A DNA stretch of 64,000 nucleotides. It comes from Scyliorhinus canicula (taxonomy: Eukaryota). Below the pieces are notes generated by a model. That model was not told where the DNA came from and made no database searches. It saw nothing but the letters and a program-made list of their open reading frames with translations. This document shows, piece after piece, positions 1 to 12,689 of the stretch; positions within the stretch are counted from its first letter, which is position 1, and every line of letters begins with the position of its first letter. The translations under genes were made by a program, and so were the position numbers. The stretch covers positions 248,530,886 through 248,594,885 of the forward strand of contig NC_052147.1 of assembly GCF_902713615.1 (NCBI RefSeq). Direction: 5' to 3'.

Positions 1-164
1 AATTGGACCTACCCTCTGTCAAGGACCTGGGGTGGCGTCAATCCCGCCCCTGCCGTGTCCCAAATTCTCCGCCCCCCCCGAGATTCGGCGGGGGCGGGTA
101 TCGTGCCGAGCCGGTCGGCGGGCCCCCCATGCCGATTCTCCGGCCCGCGACTCTTGGGGCTCCC

Positions 165-2720
165 TGCCAGCATCAATGAACATCTCACGACCCTCCATCT
201 ACAACTTGCCAAAAACCAACAGGTAATGGTTATGAGTACCCACGCCCCAACCCTTGATGCCAATGATAAGTACAAAGAAGTCTTCTCCTCCACTCTGGAT
301 ACCATACTCTCCAAACATTCCTGAGGAAGATAAGATCAGCCTGCTTGGGGACTTTAACGATAGGATTGGAAAGGACTGTCAATTCTGGACAGGAACTATC
401 AGAAAAGGAGTAGTTCAGAATTGCAACACTAATGGGGTTTTCCTGCTCAGCAAATACGTGGAACACCAGCTTGTCATTGCTGACACACTGTTCCACCAAA
501 AAGACAAAACTAAGACATCCTGGAGACATCCATGATCAAATCACTTGCACATAATCACCTATGCTATCATCCGATCTCGAGACCAAAAGAATGCCCTCAT
601 CACCAAAATGATGACCAGGATAGATGACTGCTGAGTAGACTCATCCACTGCTCTTTGTCCATCAACCTTCCCCAGAAGCAGCAGAAGATGAAGAAACAGT
701 GCAGAAAAAGATCAATGATTAGCAGCTTCAAGAGCCAAGCATGCTTGTCAACTTTATGTAACGTCTTAGCCAAAATTTCCAAAATGTTAACTCTAATGGA
801 GTGGAAGAAAACTGGAAAGAGCTGAAGACAGCCATCGTCCTAAGCTGCGACGAAACCATTGGCTACAAGACCAGGGAACACCAAGACTGTTTTGAGGAGG
901 ATGACGACACCATCCAAGATCTCATCAATAAAAAATGAAAAGCTCTCCATGCCTGGCAAAACAACATCACCAGCAAGGCAAAGAGGAGAACTCTTCAAAC
1001 AGAGAAGATGGAGATACAAAGAAGAAGTGGGGAAATCAAGAACTCCTCGCTGACAAGTGTGGCAGCTGGGGTACTTTCAATACCACCAAGGCAATATATG
1101 GACCCAATACCCTAGGCCTCAAACCAGTGTGGAGAAAGGATGGAATCTTTTTGAGAGACAGAGAAAACATCAGCCTTCGATGGAAAGAACACTTCAAGGG
1201 TCTCATCAACCATGATACAATCATAGATGAGGATGTATTAGAAACCCCGAATTCCCCATCAAAGATGATCATGGACTCCCACCAAGCACCGATGAAGTCG
1301 AGGCCGCCATTAAATACATGAAGAATGGGAAATGGCAGGAGTGGATGGGAGTCTGGCTGAGATTTTTGAGAAGAGATCATCCAGCAACTCTATCAGCTGT
1401 TCCTGAAAATCTGGGACAGAGAGGAAATTCCTGCCAAGGTCAAGGATACTGTCATTGCCGCCATCTCAAGAAAGGAGACAAAGCGGACTGTGGGAACTAC
1501 CAAGGAATCTCCCTGCTCTCCCTTTCTGGGAAGAACAACATCTGAATCTTCGCTTGCCACTTTCTCCCAGTCTCTGAAGAAATCCTTCCAGAAACAAAAT
1601 GCGGTTTCCAACCAAACTGTGGAACAAAGGGCATGATTTTCTCTGCTCAACAACTTCAAGAAAAATGCCAGGAGCAAGGTCAACCTCTCTACATGGCCTT
1701 CATCGATCTGATCAAGATTTTGGATTCGGGCAATTAGGAAGTGCAATGGAAGACCTTGTCAAAGCCTGGCTATCCTGAGAATTTCACCAACATTCCCAAA
1801 CTCCTCCACAATAAGGAGTCCACGACAGTCCTCAGCAACATCAATAAGTCAGAAACCTTTGCAGTCAAGACTGGAGTCAAGCAGGGATGGGTTATCACCC
1901 CACCCTTTTCTCTATCTTCAACGTCACCATCCTTCAGCTCGTCAAGAGCAAGTTTCCTAGTTAAGTGGACATCGTGTATAGGATGTACGGAAAACTTTCC
2001 AACATTAACTGGTTGAAATCCAAGAAGTAAACGGCATTTAGATAGCATTTCCATCTCCACTCTCTCAGAAGACAATCTTGAGGCCACGCATTTATGGAAG
2101 CGTCCCGAAGAATTGGTCTCAGCTTCAATCTCAAGGAGACTCAGATTCTTTACCAACCCACCCCAGGGCAAGATCTGGTCTCTCCCTCCAAAAAGATCAA
2201 TGGAGAAACCCTCCAAAATGTGGGACAGTTCTCCTACCTGGGGAGCCACCTCTCATTAAGACTGACACGACGCAGAGATCCAACATCGTATCCAATCTGT
2301 GAGCGCCGTCTTCAGACACCGGAGGACGAGAGTCTTCAACGATCGCGACATTTACGCTGATACCAAGATCCTCATGTACAAGGCAGTTTTCCTCCCAACC
2401 CTTCCATATGGCTTAGGGGCCTGGAGTACACCCCTCTCCATTGATGGAAAGTACCATCAATGATCAGAGGGATGAAATTTCCAGCATCGGCTGACAACAT
2501 TCTTAGGATGACAGCGCCCCAACTGTCATTGAAAATATTCTTCACCCAGCTCAACGGAGGATCCCGAACAAGAGGAGAATAAGGAAGCACTTCAAAGACA
2601 CCCTGAAGACACCTGAAGAAATCCAACACAGATGCCAATGCCTGGGAGACACTTGCTCAAAAGAGACCTACTTGGACAAACCTTCTGATTGAAGGGACAC
2701 AATTCTTTGAGATTGGGCAC
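165..2720 (+). mobile_element. Degraded RTE-clade (BovB-like) LINE
   Basis: Frameshifted ORF pieces in the expected order: AP endonuclease (HAPTL, LLGDFNDRIG, DTLFHQK..TSWRHP), then RT (KKGDKADCGNYQGISLLS, GVKQG, FSYLGSHLS). Confidence 0.85.
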
Positions 2721-3470
2721 GCCCCTTTTTATTACACTTGCTGCCCTAAAGTAAGTTTAAATGTCCAGTGTGAATGAGTAGAGTGACAGGGTGGCTAGGA
2801 CGGAATGTAGGCCAGGTTGTAGGTGGATGCGATGGCAGGGTGGTAAGATGTTTGGTGGGTAGGGTGGTATTTGGATAGGGGGGGTAGGTTGGAAGGTGGG
2901 TCCATGATAATTGGATCAATCCAGAGGGGTAGTCAGATGTTAGAATGGTTGGGAGGGGTAGTTGGATTGGGTGGGGTTGAGGGTCAATTGAGGGAGGCAA
3001 GGGGTAGAAGCAGGTCATGAGCGTTCGTCAGAGGGTCGATGGGGGACTCTAATGCAGAGTCAAAGACTCTTGCAGTGGGTCCTGGAGAGCAGGTGAATTG
3101 CTTATTGGAAGTTCAAACTTCCTGGATAATTTCCACGGAAGTCAGCGCATTGGGACTTCTGCAGGAATGCACCTCTTGGGTTGTGTACATCCGGTTTCCA
3201 ACAATCTGGAGGTCGGAAGAACTGGGCCATTGACAATTATTTTTCATTCAGATGCTGCCTCAGCTGTTGCACATTTCCACCAATTTCTGTTTTATTTCAG
3301 ATTTCCAGCTCTTGTTAATTATTTAGCATTTCAGAATGGCTAAAGCTAGTTATATTCACAGATAATTCTGAATTTGCCACGTTGGTGGCCACATGAGTGG
3401 CCATGCCTGATAAGTGTGCATGTTAGTTTTCTGAACACAGTTGAGTAACTCAAACAATATAGCGCCATAC

Positions 3471-3649
3471 CCTCTGCTGGGATCAACAGCAATCGCACAG
3501 GGCTTGTCCATCATCCCAGAGACAAGCCTTTTGTACTTCTGTCCATTAATCTTAGCCACATAAATGACATTTCTGAAAGAATCAGTCCAATAGATATTTT
3601 CAGCAATCCAGTCAACTGCGATGCCCTGTGGTGCTTGGAAACCAGGAAT
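3471..3649 (-). CDS. LRP1B: LRP1/1B-family exon, YWTD propeller ([60 protein letters not shown])
   Basis: 179 nt, phase 0-2; acceptor ctattttag|ATTCC, donor AGAGG|gtatgg; GIAVDW...IYWTD motif. Confidence 0.95.
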
Positions 3650-4049
3650 CTAAAATAGAAATGAAAATTACATTAGATTTGCTTTTAGAAATTGCAGTTT
3701 TCCATTTTTTCCCACAAGAATATTGTTTGGGGAAATTTAAGTGTCAAATGTTTAAATGAGTTACAATGACATTGTTTTCCAGGGATCTTAGATAAGATGT
3801 TAGTTTATCTCAAATCTTGCTGATTCTAAGTGATCTGGTCCAAAGCCCAAGTGTTTATGTCATATCAATTGCAAATAACTTGCACTTAAACCTCAGGAGG
3901 TCCCAAAGTACTTTATACTCAATTACACATAGTAAGTTCCCACAAACAGCAGTAAGATCATCTACTTATATAATGATGTTTGTTAAAAAATAAATGTTAG
4001 CATGGAGACCAGGATGAATACTATACTTTTCTTTGAATAATAATTATAA

Positions 4050-4345
4050 TATTATTATTGTCACAATAGGCTTACATTAACACTGCAATGAAGTTACTGT
4101 GAAAAGTCCCTAGTCGCCACACTCCAACGCCTGTTCGGGTATACTGAGAGAGAATTCAGAATGGCCAATTCCCCTAACAAGCACGTCTTTCGGGACTTGT
4201 AGGAGGAAACCGGAGAGCATGAAGGAAACCTATGCAGACAAGGGAGAATGTGCAGACTCTGTATAGACAGTGACCCAAGTGGGAATCGAACCCGGGACCC
4301 TGGCACTCTGAGCAACAGTGCTAATCACTGTGCTTCCGTGTCGTG
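4050..4345 (-). mobile_element. HE1/V-SINE-like tRNA-derived SINE with GTGACAATAA-type tail
   Basis: Minus-strand head with A/B boxes (GGTTCGATTCCC), the shared CACATTCTCCC..TGCATAGGTTTCC core and an (AAT)n tail; homologous copies recur in the window. Confidence 0.8.
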
Positions 4346-5002
4346 TCATGGTATCTGTGGTACTTGGATTAAACCTCTGTCAATACTGCACTGAAGTGTC
4401 TGCTTTTGGGCTTAAGTCTGGCATTTACTGTGAACTCTGACCCTTTGGAGCAAAGTTCAATGCCCGTTGTTATCAATCCTAATCTATTTGGAGACTCAGA
4501 ATTGTTCAGTTAAATCAATGAATCCACATGAGCAGGTCAAGCAGAGCTACTCTATTTATACTAATGGTTCTCAGCAAGGTTTGTTATATTTTATACCAGT
4601 CAATGGCTGCTATACCTTTCGATTATGTTATGTTTTTTGCATGACAGCTGCTGCACATAATGGTTACAAAGAGGACTGTATTGAGTAAATCAAACATTTA
4701 TTGCTTTACAATCTCTGCAAAATTGATACCTGTACAAATTAGTCTCCAGAGGAATGGGATTAATATGAAATAAGGATCTGTCCATAGTGCTAAATACATC
4801 ACATCTATGTTACCAATTGGATATCTAGATATTTGGCTTCAATTGACTGACCGATCCAAATTTCAAATTGATCACAGTCACTCTGGTTTTTCTATTTTGT
4901 TGTAAGGTATGAAGAAGGTTGCATCACTGGAGGATTAATTTATAGTATTTAGCCCTGGATACTGCATATGCCAGGTATTTGGCAGAATTTGAAAGTAAAT
5001 TG

Positions 5003-5092
5003 ATTCACCTGAGAAAGGAGCAGTGCTCCGAAAGCTAGTGTTTGAAACAAACCTGTTGGACTTTAACCTGGTGTTGTAAGACTTCTTACTGT
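5003..5092 (+). mobile_element. Penelope-like terminal fragment with degenerate hammerhead core
   Basis: CCTGAGAAA-GGAGC-AGT-GCTCC-GAAAG followed by the same sequence as the arms at 5461-5636 and 19438-19648. Confidence 0.65.
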
Positions 5093-5349
5093 TCACAAGT
5101 TAAAGATCAGGAAACAAGTCAAGTTCAGCTCATTTTGATCATACTAACCACTCATCACATCAAATCAAAATCACATATTTTGAAAACATTTATTGTAATA
5201 AATAAAGCATGAAAAATGCTATATTCATTACTTGCATAAAGGATTTAGACAAAATTTATAGGCAACAGCAGCAGCGCTAACTGTTTTGCTCAACATCGGG
5301 TAAATATAGGATATCCCCTTCATTTAGATATGACTTGTCTCACACACTT

Positions 5350-6195
5350 TGATTTTGATTTGGTTTGATTTATTGTCACATGTACCGAAGTACAGTGAAA
5401 AGTATTTTTCTGCGGCCAAGGAACGTACACAGTACTTACACAGTAGACACAAGAATTATCCAACAGGTTAATTTCAAATCACAAGCTTTTGGAGCGCAGC
5501 TCCTTCCTCAGGTGAAGGAGGAAGGAGCTGCGCTCTGAAAGCTAGTGATTCAAAACAAACCTGTTGGACTTTAACGTGGTGTTGTGAGACATCTTACTGT
5601 GCTCATCTCAGTCCACCACCGGCATCTCCACATCATAACAAGAATAATCAACAGAGAACATTGACAAATGGTACATCGACAAAACAGTGATTAGTTACAG
5701 TGCGGGACAAGGGGCCAAACAAAGCAAATACATGAGCAAGAGCAGCATAGGGCATCGTGAATAGTGTTCTTACAGGGAACAGATCAGTCCGAGGGAGAGT
5801 CGTTGAGGAGTCTTGTAGTTGTGGGGAAGAAGCTGTTCCTATGTCTGGATGTGTGAGTCTTCAGGCTTCTGTACCTTCTGCCTGATGGAAGGGCCTGGAA
5901 GAAGGCAATGCCTGGGTGGGAGGGGTCTCTTATAATGCTGTCTGCCTTCCTGAGGCAGCAAGAGGTGTATACAGAATTAATGTGGGGGTGGCAAGTTTGT
6001 GTGATACGTTGGGCTGAGTTCCTTGCGATCTTGGACCGAGCAGTTGCCGTACCAGGCTATGATGCAGCCGGATAGGATGCTCTCTATGGCACATCTGTAG
6101 ATGTTTGTGAAAGTCGATGCAGACATGCCAAATTTCTTTAGCTTCCGCAGGAAGTAGGGACGTTGTAGGGCTTTCTTTACTGTTGCAGCTTGAAC
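5350..6195 (-). mobile_element. Rex-Babar-like LINE 3' fragment, interrupted by a Penelope-like insertion
   Basis: C-terminal RT-element peptide KKALQRPYFLRKLKKFGMS...IESILSGCIIAWYGNC; 3' end GTACATGTGACAATAAA plus (ATCAA)-like tail; homologous to 63140-63845. Confidence 0.75.
5461..5637. mobile_element. Penelope-like inverted-repeat insertion
   Basis: Two inverted arms; flanked by a 12-bp TSD-like duplication acaagaattatc (5449-5460) / acaagaataatc (5638-5649). Confidence 0.7.
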
Positions 6196-7167
6196 AATTT
6201 TGTTTTCTTTTACTTCTCTGAAAGCCATTGGGCAAGCCATAAAAAGATGTTTTTTTCATTGGCTTTCAGGGTTAAGTCTTTTATTAAAGTGAGAAGTTTA
6301 AGATCCCAGGAAAGCTGTGAGGTACTTCTCCCCAGGCAGGAGAAGAATAGCTGACAATGGCAAAGGGTAGATGCTGCAACAATAGCAGAGACCTCTTAGA
6401 TCAGGAGAACATACCTCGTGGGAAAGAACGGGGAGTGGGGCTGGTTTGGGGGGGGGGGGGGGGGGGGGGTCACACCCTAGCTGCTCTTAAATGAGGAAAA
6501 AAAAGTTGTGTGAGTCTTTGAAATTTAGTTTCATCTGAAGCACCATGCAAAATGAGTGAACCCAGGATACATTCCCCTTCCATCTCATCCAGTAGGAAAA
6601 AATGATACAAGTTTTTTTTTTGCCATTACATGCTCAATAACCTGCTGCTGCATTTTAAGAATAATTTGGTGGTGGAATACAATGATTGTGTAACCAAAAG
6701 CATTGTCAAAGGAAAGCTCCTAGGTTTTAACCGCAGACTAAGAATGTTCGCAAACACCCTTTGAAGAAACTTCTGCAGTTTTCTGCTGAGCAGAGATTTG
6801 TTCTGGCTGATCAAAACTACCTGATGTATAATGTGCATTGAACCCTGGTTCTGTAGGTGATACCCTGTAATGGCATATAGCACCCATACTAACAGGAGAA
6901 TTGTCATAAAATTCATCCAGTGCTCTCTCATGAGTTAACTTCAAGGATTACATCACAACAGCACTCAGCTTTAAAACATGATCATTAGTACTGTAGCGAG
7001 CATAAAAAGCCAAAAACTGCAACAAAGAGAAATTCTAAACTGAATGTGAAGTAAAACTGGTTGACAAAAAAAAGTACAGCAATCAATTCTAAATTGTATT
7101 ATTAATGTACTTGCTATTAAAAGTTCATTCTTATTGATTTAATGGATTAGTGCTTTCCTGAAATTAC

Positions 7168-7409
7168 ATTCAGATCTGTGGCATCACTTGTCTGTCTCTT
7201 CCGTTTGTCTGAGATGTCTAAACAGGAGATTTTGCCTGTGTGCTCGTTGGTCCAGAAGATCTTCTTGCCTTTGATATACACATCCATCATACTAATTTTG
7301 ACAGTATCGTCTCCTTGAAACACTTGTTCATAGGCTGAGTTGGGGTCAAATGGATATATACTACGAATTTCATTCCTGGTCGCAATGTAGAGCACTTGAT
7401 GTTCTGAAC
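7168..7409 (-). CDS. LRP1B: LRP1/1B-family exon, start of YWTD beta-propeller with basic cleavage site ([17 protein letters not shown]...[31 protein letters not shown])
   Basis: 242 nt, phase 1-0; acceptor catacag|GTTCA, donor GAAT|gtaatt; FWTN repeat and KRKR|Q. Confidence 0.94.
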
Positions 7410-7838
7410 CTGTATGAAGATTACAAGGAGAAAAGATTACATTAACTGGCAGCTGCACATTTAATGTTTACTCATTTCATGGATGACTAATATAGAGCGG
7501 TTTTCAGGCAAGTGAGGTCCATTTAATCTATTATCAAACTTCCCATAAGACTACCTTAACATCTAAAATTATTATGAATCCAATAAATCTCAATGTTATT
7601 TGCTGAAGGAAACATTCCTGTTGAAGTCTGTCATAGTAAGTTGCTCCATCACTCTTTCTGTGTGCTGCACACATTTCGTATGCTTATTGCTGTACCAGTG
7701 AAAAATAATTGGATGGTCACTTTATTTTCTTTTTTTTTCCTTATTGACAGATATACTTCTAGAATATAGTTTTCTTCATTAAATTATACACTTAGTTATA
7801 CATCCCAAAATTCTGTTAATTTTCTAACTGCTTAGGAA

Positions 7839-7945
7839 GACAGCATGGTAGCACACGTGACTAGCACTGTGACTTCACAGCGCCAGGGTCCCAGTTTTGA
7901 TTCCTCGCTGGGTCAATGTCTGTGCGGAGTTTGCACATTCGCCCC
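7839..7945 (+). mobile_element. HE1-like SINE, 5' fragment
   Basis: tRNA-like head homologous to 22141-22348. Confidence 0.7.
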
Positions 7946-8479
7946 TTGATCCTCCCAATCATGAATAAAAATGACAAAGTGATTAGTAGCCCCAAGCCCC
8001 GTGTATCATGCACCACAGTTTACTGCGTTTACTGGCCAAATCCTAGTCAATTAAATACATTGTAATTAATTCTATTGGCCTGTACATTATAAAATAGCTT
8101 ATTATATCAGACAGTGTGAAGTCCACACATATAACACTCACAATCTCACCCTGATCTGCTAGATCTGTCTTAACATGCTCAAAGAAATTTAACATATTGA
8201 TTGGCCATTCCTAAACTGACTCCAGCTATTTAGACAAACTCTGCTGCTCACCCTTATACTATCCATCATCACAGTTTTTCTTTTAACAATTTCCTTCCAA
8301 TTGCTTGAAATCTCTCATATCTGTAATTTGACGTTTAAAATAGATGTCACATTTACTAATTTGCAATCATCAAGATGTGACCCCCAACCCCAATGAACAC
8401 TGCAGAAGTCTGGTTTGACAAATCCCTTGCTGCTGAGGCAATTCCTCATAATTACGAAACAGAATATTGAGGAAACCTT

Positions 8480-9080
8480 GGGCAAAATTCTCCCATCGGG
8501 AGACTAAGTCCCGATGCCGGAGTGAAAACGGGAGTGTTTCACTCCGGCATCGGATGCCGCTCCTCGCCCCCTATTCTCCCACCCCCTTGGCGCCGTGTAA
8601 AAGCGGCGCCGCGTAGATTACACGGCGGCCAGCGCCGCGTAAATGGCGCAGTTGCCGTCCTCCCCGCAAGAAATGTCGGATGGATCTTGCAGGGTGGCGG
8701 AGGAAAGGAGTTCCTCCTTCAGAGAGGCCGGCCCGCCGATTGGTGGGCACCGATCGTGGGCCAGACCCCTTTTGAGGCCCGCCCCCGGTGCTGGATCCCC
8801 CCCCCCCCCCCCCCCCCCCCCGCCGGCAGCGACCATGTGTGCACGGCGCCGGCGGGAACCCGTCGAATTGGGCAGGCCGCTCGGCCCATCCAGGCCAGAG
8901 AATCGCCGCTCGCCCATTACAAACGGCTAGAGGCGATTCTCTGAGCGGCCAGCCATAAATCTCGCCGCGCCGGTTTGGGAGAATCGCGTGCGGGTGCCGG
9001 GGCGGCGTGGCGGAACTTGCCCGGCGCCCCAGCGATTCTCCCACCTGTCGTGGGTTGGGGGGGGGGGGAGAATTCCGCCC
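8480..9080. mobile_element. GC-rich MITE, Harbinger/PIF-type
   Basis: Terminal inverted repeats (TIRs) GGGCAAAATTCTCCC / GGGAGAATTCCGCCC; CpG-rich and non-coding; same terminal motif as 32571-33238. Confidence 0.75.
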
Positions 9081-10299
9081 CCTAAGTACCGTCTGCCTCC
9101 AGCTTCTACAACCTCCACAGCATAATCTCCATTGATCACAAACATTTTTGGCTTACGTTCACTGTTAAACTGTACCTTTTTTTTTAGAATGCATGGACTG
9201 TAGAAAAATAATGATTTAATATTTCAGCAATGTTTCTGTGTTCAGTCTTCATTACTAATATTGTTAACCCTCAGTCTGCCTTTGCCTGCATGTGGAGGAG
9301 ATGGGGTGGGGTCTTGGATGCCAGCTGGAGAGGTGGTAAGAGACTCACAGTAACACCTTTGGGAAGACCTGCAGAACCAGAAGCCAATCTGGCAATTGCA
9401 AGGCCACTGACGGGCCTACCCAGAATCAGGACCCAGGGGCTGGGAAGGCCGACACACCAAGATTTGCAAGGCCTTTCGGAGGCCTGCAGCTCGTTTGTTC
9501 CATAGTGGCCACCGGGGAGGTGAGGACAGCTGCCACAACAGCCACCAGAGGTCCAGGATCACCAAGCAACTCAGATCAGAGGAGGGAATTTGTGGATTTG
9601 GTGTCACGAGGTAGAGGGCTGGAGGGGATCAGCAGCAAGAGCAGGGATGTGGCTCTCAGCAGACTCCTTCCTCCATCTCAACTGCCAAATCCCTTGATCA
9701 GGCACCAAGTGCCTTTGAATGAGGGCACCCTTCCATCTACTGCCACCCCCCTCCCTCACTCCACTCCCTGGGAGATAAAAAACAGCTTGCTCAGATTTTC
9801 TTGCTGTACTCCCCATGTGGCAATAGGGGCGATGGGGCGAGGCTTTTAAGTGATCATTACTTGTCCACTTAAGGGACTCAAATGGCGGCAAGTGGGAAGG
9901 CCAATTATGGGCCTTAGATGCCAGACTTAATTTTGGCAGAGGCAGGAAGGTAGCCAGATGCTCATATACCCCCCTCCTACCAGAGTAAATGTCCTCTTCA
10001 CCTTCAAATATGCCACTAGAGAGGACTGAAGATGCAGTCCTAAGTTAGTGGGGATGAAATTGGTACTCATTGCACACAATTTCTGGTTATAAAACAGGCA
10101 CAAATCAAATTAATTACTAGTCTGTATTTTCACAGACACTAGTTACACTGGCAAATTCATAGAATAGAAGCTTACAGTTTGTAAGCACAGCACTTATGTT
10201 CTATGAATTAGAAGCTTAACACATGTTAGAGGAACTCTTTGAGAAATGAGTCTGCAATGAGCAGAGCAGACATTATGCCTGCATTACTAATGATTCTTC

Positions 10300-10620
10300 A
10301 TATAACTCCTACAGTGCAGAAAGGCCTGTTGGCCCATCGAGTCTGCACCGATCCTCTGAAAGAGCATCTTACCGGAGCCCACTTACCCTATCCCGGTAAC
10401 CTGCACATCTTTGAACACTAAGGGGCAATTTATCATGGCCAATCCACCTAAACTGCACATCGTTGGACTGTGGGAGGAAACGGAAGCACCCAGAAGAAAC
10501 CCATGCTGACATAGGGAGAAAGTGCAAACTCCACACCGACAGTCACCCAAGGCTAGAAGTCAACCTGTGTCGCTAGCACTGCGAGGCATCAGTGCTAACT
10601 ATTTTGCCACCATACCGCTC
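10300..10620 (-). mobile_element. HE1-like SINE with CR1-type tail
   Basis: SINE head and core plus tail GATGGGCCAACAGGCCTTTCTGCACTGTAG. Confidence 0.75.
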
Positions 10621-11712
10621 CTTCAGCAGCCCCACAACTGGCAGCAAAAGATAAACTACATTTACTGTGAATAAAGAAAGATCCGGAATGTTCTCTCAAC
10701 CTCCACAGTCCTGAAAATTGGTTTCTGTTGCCCAAACTAACAATCCCCTGACAGAACTTACCTAAGTATTGCTGCTGCCAACACTCATTTATCTCATGTC
10801 TCCCCGCTTTGTGCCCCGGCTAATTTCTACGCCAAGTATCTCTATCAATAGTTTTTCCTTTCTCAGTTCATCTTTGTAGATCTGTTCCTTTCCTGAACAT
10901 TTAAAAATGATTTCTGATACCTCCTCTATTAATTCAATAACTTTAGTTATCTACTCAAGGTTTTATTCAAAGCCTATTTCAAGGATAAAGTGTTTATCAT
11001 GCTCACAAACCTCTTTAAAATGCTGTGCTTTTTCCACATAGGATCTGCTGAATATAAATAAATGTTTTTGTGTAATCTCTTGCCCACTTGACGTTAACTC
11101 ATTTAGAATTTTGTTCTTTTTATGTTCTGTCTTTATTGTGACTCTGGATCCCAGGTGTTTCTTACTATTCTGTGGCTTATCCCCCCCCCCCCCCTCTTTA
11201 ATAACAAATCCAATACTGCAGTCTCCTTCACAAATCATTTTCAAATGAGTTTCTCAGAACTTCAATAAATTGTGGTTCATAAACTGTCCCTGTTGTACTG
11301 TTGGAAAGAATGAAATCCTTGTGATCACAGATTCAAACTTATGCACTTATTTATTTTATGGCCTTCACAGCAGTATACCTATCTCCTCTGGTAGCCTGTA
11401 GCATATTCCACTCACTAACATTTCCCCTTTGTCATTTTTTAAATCCAGCCACACACATTCACAGGAGCATGTTCATAGTCGTTCTGTGTCGTTACTGACA
11501 AATAGCACCAATTCATCATTCCTTCTCAATGGTTGCAAAGCTCACACAATCCTGTAGCTTTCTTCTCTGAAGTGCCCTGGGACATTTTTCTATTTTAAAG
11601 CTGCTATTTAAATGCAACTTGTTTAGCTATGACTATATTTCAGTTATTCCGATAATATGGAATGGCTGCCTACAGGCCAGGATTGTTCCTTATATTTCTT
11701 GTATTAAACATA

Positions 11713-12185
11713 GGGCGCAATTCAGGGGGCTTAACACTAAACCTGGTTTTGGGCAAAACTGGCAGCGTGCAGCTCGGCGGCCGCAATGCCGAGAATCACA
11801 TCGCTATTTGCCAGTACTTTGCCGTTTATTTTGGCCTCGGGGAGTTTGGAGAGATTTCCTGCTGGAGAGCTGTTCTCGCAGATTGTGACACCATTTTGAA
11901 TATAAGCCCCGATCTCCCCCACCCTCCCCCCTCCCTTTCGGAGGTCCCTGCTTCCTGACCTCCTCCCACCCCCCAACCTGGTCGAGGCCCTGGGAGCCTT
12001 CCCACGTATTGTCAAGGCTCCCGTGGGCCCGATCCCTTGCAATGTCAGCCTGGCAACGGGGCACTGTCAGACTGGTATCCCGGCAGTGCTACTCTGGCTA
12101 CGACATCCAGGCACCCTGGCAGTGCCAGTGTGGCCCTGCCAGGGTCCCGGATGACACTGCCAGTATATCAGATTGTCATTTAAAA
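11713..12185. mobile_element. GC-rich non-autonomous DNA transposon fragment (Harbinger-like)
   Basis: Starts GGGCGCAATTC; contains the GGCACTGCCA-type repeat cluster shared with 17080-17170, 43190-43330 and 58270-58390. Confidence 0.5.
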
Positions 12186-12209
12186 TTGACAGCGGGGTGG
12201 GTTGACTAA

Positions 12210-12611
12210 TAATAACAGTCTTTATTCATGTCACAATTGGGCCTACATTTCCACTGCAATGTAGTTATTGTGACAATCCCCTAGTCGCCACACTGCCTTG
12301 GGCACACAGAAGGAGGACTCAGAGTATCCAATTCATCTAACAAACACATCTTTCAGGACGAAACCAGAGCACCTGGAGGAAACCCACGCAGACACGGGGA
12401 GAAACATGCAGACTCTACACAGACAATGACCCAAGCCGGGAATTGAACCCGACTCCCCAGTGCAACCTTTCCCACCCTTCTCTCCCCTTTCAGAGGCCCA
12501 TATGAAAATGAAATGAAAATCACTTATTGTCACAAGTAGGCTTCAAATGAAGTTACTGTGAAAAGCCCCTAGTCGCCACATTCCGCCGCCTGTTCGGGGA
12601 GACGGGTGCGG
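12210..12611 (-). mobile_element. Two adjacent partial SINEs (HE1-like 12210-12460; ATTTC-tailed family 12501-12611)
   Basis: Homologous to 4050-4345 and 60613-60800 respectively. Confidence 0.7.
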
Positions 12612-12689
12612 GCCTAGTTTTAGAAGCAGCAGTGTGTGCAAAAGAGAGAAGATGTGGAACAGGGAAAAGGAAGTGAGGGAAAGTTTTAG

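Noticed and set aside
5003-5040. Active hammerhead ribozyme
   Set aside because: Every copy in the window has a substitution in the catalytic core, so I report them only as degenerate motifs.
8522-9145. Overlapping Pro/Gly/Arg-rich ORFs here and at 16129-16813, 32570-33254 and 57606-58624
   Set aside because: They are by-products of GC-rich MITEs and G/C homopolymers, with no domain motifs or consistent splice context.
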